Source: Adineta vaga | Lineage: Eukaryota > Animalia > Rotifera | Reading direction: 5' to 3' | Assembly: GCA_021613535.1 (NCBI GenBank) | Contig: CP075493.1 | Span: forward strand, 12,214,001 to 12,278,000 | Length of the DNA stretch: 64,000 nucleotides | Shown here: positions 1-13,158 of the stretch, one piece after another | Layout of the letters: each line of letters begins with the position of its first letter | How positions within the stretch are numbered: the first letter of the stretch is position 1 | Program-made: the position numbers and the translations under genes | Notes under the pieces: model-generated | Databases searched by the model: none | Seen by the model: only the letters and a program-made list of their open reading frames with translations | Told to the model about the DNA's origin: nothing

Positions 1-2976
1 ATGACCAATTGTATGTAATGTATGAATTAATGATGGATCATTTGATTCACATAAATCATGTCGAATAGCCAATGCTTTTTCATATAAACCTAAAGCTTCA
101 TTACCATGTCCTAATGCCATATGTACCTTAGCAACATTACTAATATATGTTGCTTCGGTTAATGGATCGTATGATTCTAATTTACTTAAAGCATCTAAAG
201 CTTTTTCATAGAATTTTAAACTATCTTTAAATTCACGTTGTTTGTATAATGTACTTGCAACATTAGCATTACTAGCTGGAATATTTTGATAATGATTCGT
301 TGTACCTAATTGATCAAGAACACGTTTGAAAAACTCTAATAAAGTTAATTGAATTTGATCTGTTTCTTTTTTTAATTGTTTATCTTTTTCACTAACAGAA
401 ACTAAACGAACGTTCCAAATACCTTCGTTTGTTTTCTTTTCTGCTACATCAACGATTCGAAATATCGTTCCAATTGAAAAGAGTACTTCACGTTCCTCTT
501 CATATTTACTCCAACGTGATATATCAGCAAATGGACGTTCCATTTGATCAGCATCAATTTCCATATAAAACACAAGTGATTCCGTTTTTGGAGGTTTTCT
601 ATCTAAAGCAAATCTTCTTGCTACGTGTTCATCTAAACTTGTTGAAAGAAAACTATTGAATGCAATTAATTTATCCACTTGAATTGTCATTTTGAATTCA
701 TCCATAGTCATAGTTAATCCACGATGAACAGTAAAAAATCGTGATGCTAATGATGGTTTATATAAACTATGCATTTGTTCCAATTGTACATGTAAATCTT
801 TGATAAAGAAATGAAATTTATATAAGATGGCTATATCTTGTTTCCAAAGAGCTTCATTCAATTTTTTGAATAGAATTGTCTGTCGAGTATACCTAAAGAA
901 TGTATTGTTAGAAAATAGAAATCGTTGAAAGTTTATCGTACCATGATATAGCTTTTCCAGCATGATACTTTGTTTTTAATTCATCAACAATCTTGAGATC
1001 GTTTTGTTCTAATACATAGGTTTTCTCAAAATATTCAGCCAGTTCGATTTTTGCGTTGTTGTTATATTCCATTGTAAAGAGAAGATCACGATGTAATTGT
1101 GAACAGAGAAATTCGACTTGATTTTTAATATCATCGGAACCTTCCGATGTTGTAGAAATAGGAAGAAGATTTTTCAATGCTTGTTTCGTATCTTCTTTTA
1201 AACGTTCACATAATGGATCAATTGTGACAAAAATTCCACGTATTTTATTCGATTGGTTCATCAATTCTGTATATTTTCCTTCATCGTTACAAAATATATA
1301 GATCGAATTTAATTTCGAACATTCGATGATTTCTTTGGTCAATAGAAGTTCGCGAGCAAATTTACCAGAGACAATTAGATAGATTTCTTGATCTTGAATT
1401 TGTTGAATAATATTTGTCGCTTCTATAATTTCACGACAAGTAACTAAAGAATTGACAATAGTACGAAGATTTTGTACAGAATCAGCAGTTTCTTGATTCT
1501 TATTGATTGTTTCATCCAACCAAATTAGAACAAAACTTTCGTTTGTACTGATTATTGTCGACATTGGAACTGATATGGGTCCTGTATATGGCATTGAAGC
1601 TCTTAGTGCTCGATTGGCTTCTTCTACTCAAGACAAATCCATCCACAGAATGTTTGTTATTTTAATTCGATATAGAAAGATCAGTTACCTGTTGAATCAG
1701 AAGTAATCAGAGGTTTGGTCGACTCGTTTGATTGGGAATTCTTTGTCGATGTCTTTAATTGTGGTACGAATAATTTTAAATATTCAAACAATAATTTTTG
1801 CATTTCCACCGAAGCTGTTGCAGAAATTTTTGCTAAAAATCAAATGTACAAATCGTATACTCTTTTGTTTTTAAAATGAATTTTTATACTTTTATTATCT
1901 TCATTCATGATTTTCGTATTTACAGATGAATCAATTGGTTCTAATTCAGCTATAACATCTTTCGATGTCTATATATATAGAATGAAAATATAAAATCAGA
2001 GAAAAGAAATGTTGATTTCTACTTTGATATTTTCCGTTGGTTGTTCATCCTAAAAAGAATTCAATAAGAAACATATTTATCTTTATTAGTTTATCAGGTA
2101 TACTTGTGGATTAATTCCTCCTTTCGTATTCATTTCTTCATCTTGTTTAGGCATTGCCTAAATGATAATTTATGTTATAATTCTTAAATAATTTCGAATT
2201 AATTATACTTGAGGATTGTTCGAATTCATGATTGAATCATATTTCATAGGTCCAGTATTTGGTACTTCAATCTGTTTGTCTTTTGTTACATTCGTTATTG
2301 CATTCATTATCGTAGGTAGATCATCAGAACTCAAAATGATGTCATTTGTTTCTTCATAGTGAGTTTCATTTGAGAAAAAATTCATTAATTGAAGAGAATG
2401 ACAACTAAATCATATATAAATCAAGAAAGTCTAATCATTTGATAAAGAACAATCATACGTTTGACATGGTATTCCTCCTGTAATCGATTGTAATTGACAT
2501 GTACTTCGTCTTGTATGAAAATGTGCTTGATTAACAAATCCATATTCACAACAGACGGATACATGTTGATCGAGAATTCCATTGATATAGATTGTTATAT
2601 CAAAATGGCGATTCACTAGACGAGATGATTTAAAAGTAAATTTATCTAGAAGAATAAAAAAATTTGATGAGAATGACGATCAATCGATGGATGAGAATAC
2701 CATTTGGTTTTAAACAGCCTTTAAAAACAGATTTAGTGCCAGTTGAAGTGTGAGATTGAAGGATTAGAATTTCGTCAGTATGAATTTTAAATGTATAGGT
2801 ACCATTGAAATTTATCATGGATGGGCCAAGATACAGCATTGCTATAGCAGTACATGGAACATTGACCGGTGAGTTTCTCGTAGATCGAACAACATCTAGA
2901 AGTCTATAAAAGAATATTGTAAGGTATTCACGACATTGTTTTGTACTTACGGTTGATTTGCTGTTGTAGACATCAT
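1..2976 (-). CDS. Paralogue A: DUF4590-like + receiver-like + arginine-type ADP-ribosyltransferase + TPR protein (3' end runs off the window)
   Basis: In-frame splicing from ATG 2976 through introns at about 2904-2950, 2646-2700, 2405-2458, 2158-2208, 2050-2103, 1969-2022, 1833-1889, 1624-1688 and 893-941 joins ORFs 2642-2839, 2431-2616, 2203-2385 and 908-1594 to an open frame at 1-892. DUF4590-like segment: AMLYLG..DEILILQ..VFKGCL..FTFKSSR..YING..SVCCEY..PCQTC. ART segment: WYTRQTILFKKLNEAL..TVHRG..SFLSTSLD..EEEREVLF. TPRs follow (YEKALAIR). Confidence 0.85.
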
Positions 2977-3057
2977 TGGTGAATGAATTTATCTGAAAAA
3001 AGAAGAGAAATATGAAAAAAGGAAAACTAATGTCAATCAGTCGTTTTTTAGTTTGTA

Positions 3058-6000
3058 TTAGACAGATAAAACTTGTTTAAGCCATTGTTTTTGTCGAGCA
3101 ATTTCCAATTGTGCCTGATTTTCTTTTAATTCTGGATGATTTTCTGAGATTGTCTTTAAATATTCCACAGATTTCTCTGCGCATTTAACCGCCTCATCAT
3201 ACTCATTCAATTGTGCATAAGCAGTCGACAAATTATAATACGTAACCGATAATGGATGTGGCAATGGATTTGGTAATTGTAATTGAAGTTCTAATGTTTT
3301 CTTATAATAATTCAATGCTTCTTTTGCTTCTCCTCTTTGCCAATAGCAACTTGAAATTCGTTGAAGAAGTGAAATTAATGCTTTTATATTATCTTCTTCC
3401 ATAGACATTTGTTCTCGAATAGTCACTGCTCGTTTGAGATGTTTTATAGCTTCTATATATTTCTTTTCATCGACATAAACAGCGCCGATATTTGTTGAAT
3501 ATACAGCTATTGAATCCATATCAGGACTCGATGATTTCAATTGACATTGAAGTGCCATTTGATGAAATTCTATTGCATTTTCATTTTGATCATCTTGAAA
3601 GAACATACTTCCAATATTATTATAACTTGATGATAACATTGAACTGAATGGTGAAACAATGATTTGAAATGCGCGTATAGATTTAAAGAATTGATAACGT
3701 GCTCCTTCATTATCTTTCTGTTTTACATTAATATTTCCTAATTGATGATGAGCTGCTGCTAAACTTGCTAATAATGTTCCATCTTCGTTGAAAGATTTAT
3801 CTTGATAAATGGACTCTGTTAGATAATCACATTCCCAATAATGATTTGTCTCAAGGAGAAGTTTACTCATTTGTAGAATAACAACCGGTGCTTCGATTTC
3901 TTTACGTAACGAACTAGTTAATTGTTGAAAATGAGTGTCATTAGGTGGAATAGATTCTAAGTTTATTATATGAGTATCATTTTCGTTTGTATCAATGGAA
4001 ATAATACGAAAGATCACATCGAGATTAATCAATATGTCAATTTGATGATTGGATTCGATTTTAGCTGCACAATTCGGTCCAAGACGGATTGAAAAGAGAA
4101 GAGACTTTTCAGAATCTTTATCAAAACATTTGACAGATCTTGCCGGAAGAAATGAACGAAATATAACTAATCCATTGATATTCTCTCGAAAATTTTCAAT
4201 CATTCCTTGTTCAAAATTTAACATTACATAGACAGTAATTGATTCTTTGATAGATATAGTTTGAATTTGTTTATGAAGTGATTGAATAAAATAGCGCATT
4301 TTAAATAGAAGATCAATTTCGTGTGTACGAAATGCACGTGATAGCATTTTTGATAAAAAACTATAACGTGTATACCATCGAATACAATCTGAATCAATAA
4401 ATGAATTTTCAAATAGATCAATTTGATTGAGTTCTTCGGAATTGTCGACGTAATGAAGACGACAAAATGTTAACATATCCTTCTTTAAATCACTTTCATC
4501 ATCTTGACAAAGAAGTGTTTCTTTCAATAATTGACTGTAAGTAAATGATAGATCAGCAGTTGTATTATCTTTTGATGTAATTTCAAAAGGAATCATTCGA
4601 AAAGATGCATAAGGAAGGGTGTTAATTAAATGATCGCGTAATGAATCAATAGTTTGATAGATTCCAATAGTTTTATTGGAAATATCAATTGATTGAGTTT
4701 GTTTTGATAGTATATAAATGAATTGATAGTTTTGAAATTGAGGAAGAATTGTTGAAGGTTGATCAGAAGAGATTACAACAATGAGTTTTTCATCTGTAAT
4801 TGTTGTTAGCAATGTTTTTAATGTATTTAAATCATTTGTTTTACGAATAAAATTAACTACAGGACGAAGTTGATTGAGATCTTCGTTTTCCTTTAGATTG
4901 ATATGAAGAATTGTAAAATTTTCAACATTACCAATGCATCGAGGTGGAATTGTTTGACTTGATTTAGGTTTCGATAGAGCTTTAAAAAAGATAATATTAA
5001 AGAAGGATTATTCGATAAGAAGTATACCTTCTTGCATGCATTCAGTGACAAATTTAAGTACAGCGGATCCGTCATCGACTAATTTATCTTTCGAAGGTAT
5101 AGGTTTGACAATGAGTTCAACTTCTGGTTTTGAAGTTAATGGCTTTTCTGTGTGTGTTGGTTTTACTTGAGGTTGTTCGACATTTTTGACAGATTTCTCC
5201 GATACTTGAATAGAACCAATAAAGATTTCTTTCGTATCATTTTCAAATTTCAATACTTACCAACAGATTGATCTTCTTCCGTATCACTTTCTTCGCTATC
5301 CTAAAATTTACAACATTGAATTAAACTTCAAGTTCGCATAAAAGCAATCTTACCGAAGGAGGAACCGCTAGATTTTCTTCATCGGTCGATGTTGATAATA
5401 CATCAATGCTCTCAAGACATCTAAAAGATATTTACATCAAATTTACTTTCGATATATGTTCTTATACAACTTGCTTTGCACATGAAGTGTATTGTTCAAT
5501 ACTTCTGATCCAAAATGAACTATCACCGTCATCAATTCGACCTCCACGATGAAGCGGATGTTCACAACATGCTGAAATTGTTGTGTCAAGCGAACCATTA
5601 ATTTCCATTTTGAGATGAAAACGATCATCGATTGAACGTTGAGATTTAAAGGTAAACGCATCTGAAGTCTTAAGAAAACCTTTAAACACAATCCAAGTTA
5701 AACCGTTCTTTGTCAATTGAAAAATTGTTATTTCATCACGTCTTGTATTATGTAGAATGGAAGGTAAAGTTGGATCAGATCGATAACACATCGTTATTTG
5801 ACAAAAACATGGATTATCCAAATGTTTTGGTCCAATCAAAATATTCTATAACTCGTATTCATGAAGAAATATTCTCATGCAAATGGTCTCTGTCTAACCT
5901 GTGGAGGCGGAGGATGAACGAATTCCACTCGCTAATAAAAAAACAATAATTGAAAAACAAATCTATATTCGATGATAATATTTCAATGAAAATGACTTAC

Positions 6001-6342
6001 ACGAAGTGAAACATCGGATACAAGTTGAGAAGGATTAGAATCTATCATTTCTCTAGGCATGGAGAATAAAAATATACGAAATAAATACAAAGCTAATCAT
6101 TTACCCGTTATTTTCTATTTGTTGAGTAAAGTCTTGTAAAGATGTACTTGTTAATGGGCTCAATAATTCTACTGAACGAGTCTTCTGACGTGATGATTTC
6201 GATAGTGAACGTTGCATTGGTGCAATTTGTTCGAACTGAAATTACATTTGATTCAGAAATAGAGATGATTTTTTATTACTATTTGATTTACCGATGATCG
6301 TGGAGTAATTGGTTGTCGTCGAGATGATCTAACTGGATTCAT
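3058..6342 (-). CDS. Paralogue B: DUF4590-like + receiver-like + degenerate ART fold + TPR protein
   Basis: ATG 6342. Small exons splice in frame into ORF 5462-5839 (CQITMCY..DEITIFQ..VFKGFL..FTFKSQR..ISACCEH..SCAK|C). Introns at 5421-5474 (GC-AG), 5301-5353, 5205-5260 and 4980-5027 then lead into the 584-aa ORF 3058-4812 (WYTRYSFLSKML; TPRs such as YNNIGSMF and YYNLSTAY). Confidence 0.85.
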
Positions 6343-6428
6343 TATTTCTCTTATTAATTAATCTAAAAGCAATGAACATAGTTTTCAGAATGACAAATAA
6401 AAAGATCATTAGAAAAAAATGAGAGAGT

Positions 6429-9400
6429 CTATTGTTGATCAAATAAATTTTTCATCCAAAGTTTTTTTTCGATATATTCAAGATATTTTCTTTGCATTTG
6501 AATTTCTTCATTATCTTCTTTCTTAGTTAAAAGTAAACGTTGAATCGCTTGTTCAACTGCATCTTTAGCTTCTTGTAATCGGCCAAGTTTTTCCAAAGCC
6601 GTAGCCATATTGAAATAACTAGTTGCCACTGTTGGATTATCAGCCGTATGACATTTAAGTTCAATTTGAAGGCATTTTTCATAATTATTCAATGCTTCAG
6701 AGTATAGATGTGCACGATATTGTGCACCGGCAAGATTAAAATATTTAACAGCTACTTCCGGATGCTTCAAATTTGGATGAAGTTTTTGTTTAATTTGTAA
6801 TTCAATTTCAAGATAAGGAATTGCTTCTTTATATTGACCAAGTTTACTAAGAATTGATGCAATATTTCCTGCATACGATGAAACAGAATCCATATCAGGT
6901 TCTGATGAATTTTTTTGCATTTCATAGGCTTTTTTATGATATTCTAACGCTCGTTCATGTTGACCTAGTTTATGATAAATGCTTCCAATATTATTATATG
7001 TTGGCGATAGTTTAACATGATCAGCAGGTAGAAAACGTATATAAGTTTTTAACGAATTTTGTAAATGATCTAATGCTTGTTCATAATGTTTTCTTTCATA
7101 ATGATGTGTTCCTAACGAATGAAGTATACCACCAAGAGTTATATTTGCCGATTGATCATTAATCACTTGTGGATCATCGATTAATAATGAACAGAAATAT
7201 TCCATATAGCCTGTTGATTTTCGATGTTTCATTAATTGTAACATTGATACTAATGGAATTGATGAATTAATTGAATCATTTATATCTTTTGTCATTAATT
7301 CTCCAGCTTTAAGAATATCATTATTCGTTGTTAGTTTAACATGAAACGTATCCTCATCGATGGGTTCAATTTTATCAATACGAAATAGAGTTCCGAAAGT
7401 AAGAAGGATTTCATCTGGCTTGGTCGGATGATTACATCGAACTATACCAGATCCTAATGAAATTTCGAAATGAAGTAATTTCCAATCTTTATTTATTGGT
7501 GGAGGTTGAATTTTTGTTAAATTTCTTTCAAGTAAAACAAATTCATTAAAGGATAATAATCCACCAGGATTGTTTTTCATATTATCATAATGTTCCTTTT
7601 GAACTCGAAGTGTTCGATAGACCATCAATGGACTTGTATCATTCGTTGATTTTAATTGATTATGAAGGTGTTGAATAAAATATCGAAGTTTATATAAAAT
7701 ATCTGGATCGAATGCTCGCAATGCTCGTGTAAGCATTTTATATAGAAATGTTTCTTCTCGTAAATACCATTGAATTGCTTCATGTACTTGAAAATTCTTT
7801 TCGAATTCATCAATAAATCGTAATTGAAGATCATTCTCTGCATATTCTTCACGACAAAAATTGATCATGTCTCTTTTGGAATCTTGTGTACCATCAGTTT
7901 GTAACAGAATATTTTTCAAAGCTTGAACATAAGTCAATGTTCTCAATCCACTTTGATTTGCTGGCATGGAATTGAACGATGTTAAATGATACATTAGAAA
8001 TGGAAGATCATTTTCCAATTGTTTACAAAGATCGGCAATATTATGGAAAGCTCCTCGATAAAAATTTGAATCAGATGAAATAGTTTTCGTTGCATCAATC
8101 ACATAGATTCCACACAGATAAGGTTCTTCTCGAATAGGTTTGGAGAGATTTTCCATGCTAGTTTTTGAGAGTATTAATATAATCTTTTCTTTGGTAATTT
8201 TCTTAAGAAAATCAATCGATTCTTGAGAATTTATATCATCGAAAGTATAACCTAAATTGATCAAACCACGTAATGTTTGTTGTTCATCAGTAGATATCGA
8301 AATTTGACTTTCGATTATGTAGCAAAAGTTTTCTACACTCTTTTGATGACGTGTTCCTGTGGAGCTGTTGCCTAAATTATGTAAGCAAAAAACGAATGAT
8401 CGTAATGAAAATAAAACGTAGAATCTAATAAAAACAACCTGCTAAAAACATTTGTAAAATTTGCTGAATATCGAAATTACTCGTGTCGATTGTGATAGTG
8501 TTACTATCATCTGCATCTTCTGTAGCATCATTTGGTTTTTCTTCTATACAAGATAATTTAGTTGTCAAATTTATCGTTGAAAAAGCTATCGTTTTTACCG
8601 GATGGTTTTTCTGCTTCTGAAGGATTTGTAGGGGCCGTTGTTGTTTCTAAATAAAGATATATGTTTATAATGAACGATCTTTTTGTCTATACAAACCTGT
8701 CTGATGATGATGATGATTAGAAGATACGTCTTGTTTTTGTGGTTTCGATTTCTTAGCTTTCGAAGACTGTATTACGGAAAACAGTACGATAAAAGTAAGT
8801 AATAATGATTACTCAATTACCTTTTTATCTTGTTGATGTTTATCAGACGATGTAGGAAGATGCGTGGGAGGTTGAAAATAATTTGTAGCAGGTTTTTTAT
8901 TTCTCTTAAATAATGTAATTCAATCTGAAGATTTGATTGATAGAATAAAAGGATCAGACTTACAGGAACTAATAATGTATTTTTTTCATTATTTTGTAAA
9001 AATTTCTCGGCATTTTCTTTTCGACATCTAAAATCATAAAGAGAACTTTTATTCGATATTCGAAAAAAGTGATGGTATTACTTTTCACACGGATTTGCTT
9101 TTTTGATTTCTTTAAAATGGAATCGTTTCTGTTCGTCGATATTTAAATGTGCAGGAACGCATTTAAATTCGCAACATTCCTTGATTGTGCTCGCGAGCGT
9201 TCCTTCAGCATAGAAAGCTAATGACAGACTGGAGGTTGGTCGTCGTTGTGATTTAAATGTAAATGTTTCTAGAAAAGCAATGACAATTTTTTATTCCTTG
9301 TATCTATATTGATCACTATTATTACCTCCTTTCGTTAAATATCCTCGATAGACCATTGAAGTTTCACCAGAACTATATTGTTGTATGACAATAATCTCTT

Positions 9401-10010
9401 CACGATCGGATGCTGTTGTCGATACATATGACATTGTAATCTCACAAGCGATACGTTCTTCCATAGGATCATTATACTAGAATGACAAGTATGGAAATTT
9501 AATGTAGAAAAAGTAGGATATACAGTATGAATTTGAACATTCTGCTGATCAACTTCGAATTGATTTTGATTTGTTTGTGTGGAACTAGTTTCTGTTGGTC
9601 GTTCATCATTATTTCGAGTAAGAGGACGTTTGACCGAACTTCTCAATCGACGATTACGATTGGGATTGATTGTTCTAAAATCTCATATTTACGAATGACA
9701 AAAAAAAACCTCTTTCAAAGAAAAGTTACCTTGATGAAAGATCATGTACTGTTATTCTTTGTTCTCGCAGTTGATTAACTCGTGTTGATTGAATTCTAGG
9801 AGTAGACTAAATGAAAGACGAGAATTTTATGAAGAAAAAGAAGCATTGATTTTTACCCAAGGAGCAGATGGTGACTGTGGTTGTACAAATGGAGAATTGA
9901 TCAATCGCGGATTTAACCATTCTCTCAAGGGTCTGTGAATGAACAGATTATTGTTTTTGCTATTTCAATTCGAATAGAACGTACCTTGTTTCAGATCGAT
10001 CAACCATCAT
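6429..10010 (-). CDS. Paralogue C: DUF4590-like + receiver-like + degenerate ART fold + TPR protein
   Basis: ATG 10010. Exons at about 9325-9476 and 9082-9268 give ACEITMSY..EEIIVIQQ..VYRGYL..ETFTFKSQRR..LAFYAEG..ECCEFK..PCEK|C. Five small exons (introns at about 9028-9081, 8905-8963, 8767-8820, 8647-8696, 8543-8598, 8372-8438) link in frame to the 611-aa ORF 6429-8264 with TPRs (YNNIGSIY, YFNLAGAQ). Confidence 0.85.
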
Positions 10011-10799
10011 GAAACGAATTTAAAAAAGCGTTCTAGTTTTAAATTTCTACTGAAAAAATTTAAAAAACAGTTTTGTGATCAGAACAGACAAGACATTTTT
10101 CTTTTCTCTTTTCAGAGAATGAGAAAAAATGGCATGGAGACCATTTGATATTTTACTTTCTTTTTTTTCTGCATATTGCATTTTTTGAAGTTACAGTTTT
10201 TTCGGAGAAAAGAAAAGAAATGTATTAATCTGAATTTCTTGCTCTTATGGAAGCTAGCTTACAATCGCATACTCAGTTCTTGTACTTACAAGTATTAAAC
10301 TATATAATTTAAGTGGCGACAGTTATGTTGAAAACTGAAAATACATAGTATTTTTGACGTCTCAACAGTGTTGGTAGTATATTAGTTAGAAAATCACGTT
10401 TTTTTTAATGAATTTTAGCAGATGTACTTCTATTCTTGTATATATTTTTTTTCCAGAGATTGTAAAGAGTTTATTGACTAATTCTGCATTAAATGATGAA
10501 TAACTAAAGAAAAGCAAGCATTGATCGGTTCATGTAAATAACATCACTAGAGATGTAACCCAGTCAACGGAGTTACCGTCGACAGAAAAAGGAAAGTTCA
10601 AAAATTCCAACCACACTGCCGCCGGTTCACACTAGTAGACTTTTTTTTGAAGGAATTTTCGCACACGACATCAATTTTCATAAATATGACTGTAATCTTC
10701 ATAAGAGATTATATATTATAAATAGTCACACTCATGATAACTACGATGCGTCATTCATTTATTTGATCATTATAATTCCCACGGAAAAATATTTAAGTA

Positions 10800-12640
10800 G
10801 ATACCGCCGTTAGACGCGGTTATTTGCTTGAAGACAGCGATGGGTTGAAAAAGACGCAATTAACTGCGGTAAGTTACATCGACATTAAGACGCACCGCGA
10901 TATACTTGAATGAAACCGCAGTGTATGCACCATAGAAAACCGAGATTTTGGAAAAACACGGTATGCTGGCAACTATTTGCGGTATCAGAGAACCTCCATC
11001 TTTTACGGTATTTTTATTCGCGAAATCTCTATTAGAAACCGCGGTCTGTATATTATATCGAATAGTACCATTAATTGAATCAGTTTATTTTCAAAACATG
11101 ACTGGACTTTCTAACGTTATTTTTCTAATAAGATTATATCAACAAAGCTTATTACTTAAAAGTCACAGTATGATATAAAAACCTTTTCTCATCGATTAAA
11201 ACTAAATTTATCATCATCCTACAACATAGAAAGTTGGAAAAAACTACGTTATAAAAAATAACGATTTGACGATTCGCAACGTATAATAAACTTTTTTTTC
11301 TGTTTTTTGAAGTGATTCATAAATCCAGAAGGGATTTAATCTTCTTCAAATACAATAAAAACGGAGTTCCTTATACGGTGAAAATTCATAAATCTTTTTT
11401 TACGTTTATGAGACCATATCATAAACGCTTTTATTGTTGGCTATTCCCCACTTTTTTACAGTACAGATATATGTGATTTTTAAATGAAAATAGAGTATTT
11501 TTATTAAATGGCAACAAATGATAATATTTTAATTAATTTTTCAATTTAGATGGTAATACAGTACAACTAAAATTAGAACAGTTAGAATTTAAAAAGGTGA
11601 AGCTACAAAGAAAATAAACCAGATCAATATGAAATGTAAATAGACATTAACTATACCTAGGGATTTAGCAGATTTTTAGAAAATATGGGTATATAGAATA
11701 CGTTATAGCCACAGTTAATTCAGATGATTACTTCTGATAGTATTAACAAGCTTGTAGATTATTCAGATACAGAAAAATACATAAACTTGTTTTGTTAGTC
11801 AATAAAATCGAGATCTTATAAATTTCTTAATAACTTAGATGCGTTTTAGTATTAAGATTTACATATATTTACTGAATTTCAATACTATGCTCGATATTTA
11901 GACTTTTCAGTACCGCACAAAAACCGCGGTTGAATATCTACAAATTCTGATAAATCCCTATGTCATGGCCTTCAGCCATAATAACTCATAAGTCAAGGAA
12001 TCCATGAGTCATGTACATGTGGCTAGGTATGGTGTTTTATCACAATAAAGTATGTTTATATACCAATGGTCATATTATAGAGGATAAATGTGATTCTACA
12101 GATCATATACAAAGTATACTGTTAATAAAGTTACTCGAGGAAATCTAACAAAGTTTTAGAGATATCATAAATTAATGAGAAATATTTATGAAATTATTAA
12201 TATTTTACTCGTATATGATATCTATATTTTTATATGAAACAATTTTTCATTACAAATCAGATGGATTATTATATCTGATCTTAATATAAACATCACCACA
12301 TGGTTCAATGGAATTAGTGAACGCCAATCACATGGTAATAAGTTTGAATCTAACAAGAAGTAGATAAATAGATAATAGATAATACTACTATAAGAGTCGA
12401 CCGCGGTATGAGACCAACGTGTCGAGATCGTAGACCAGTGGCGAACATGGAAAATCAAGGATTACCGGACAGATGGTAGAAATAAAATACCACTAAATTG
12501 AATTAGAATTTTCTCGAAAACCGCGAAGAACCGCGGTTTGTAGCGGTTTTAAAAAACCTAATAAAAGGTCTGACTTTTGCGATTCATAATAACCATTTCA
12601 AACCTTCAACTTACAAACCGTCAAAAACCGTGGTATCACT
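10800..12640. repeat. Dispersed ACCGCGG-like motif clusters; possible non-autonomous DNA transposon relic
   Basis: About 12 copies of (A)ACCGC(G/A)G / CGCGGT in both orientations, clustered at 10800-11050 and 11900-12640 in otherwise CpG-poor, gene-free DNA. No clean TIR or TSD was found. Confidence 0.3.
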
Positions 12641-13158
12641 TAGTTTATTTTTATAATTGATTAAAGGAAGTATAAACATTTTCAATTCGTTTTTCTAGTT
12701 AGTTTTTGCGCCTATGAAATACACATATACACACGTGTGTACACATTGGCAAGGGAAAAAAAGAGGAAGCAAAATATACATCATCATCATCATCATTTTC
12801 AAGGAGAAAAATAACGTTGGTTATTGTGTATAAAATTTAAAGTTTTGAAGATTTTATTTTGATATCTGATTCGAGAAAGAAACCTGTTACAATGATACAT
12901 GATCGATACTAGTTGATTGTATTTCTTATTCAAAACCAATCGTGACAAAATTTCGAGTGCGTCAATTGTTTCTATATTTGCCTTCAACGATTGTTTTTAT
13001 ACATGCGTCAAAGAACGATACAGTCGAAAGAGCAAGCGAGAAAAAAAAGGTATGAAATACGCATTTGTTTGTACATGATCATTTTCACGTAAACAGAAAT
13101 ATATCGAAGCATTAAAATCGATGGTCCATCGTTTGTTGTCTTTTTTTTTTGTTATTAG

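Noticed and set aside
1-10010. One giant read-through protein joining paralogues C, B and A
   Set aside because: The acceptors upstream of A and B are each followed by an in-frame TAA before the ATG.
10628-10640. CACTAGTAGA as a CACTA transposon terminus
   Set aside because: No matching inverted terminus was found downstream.
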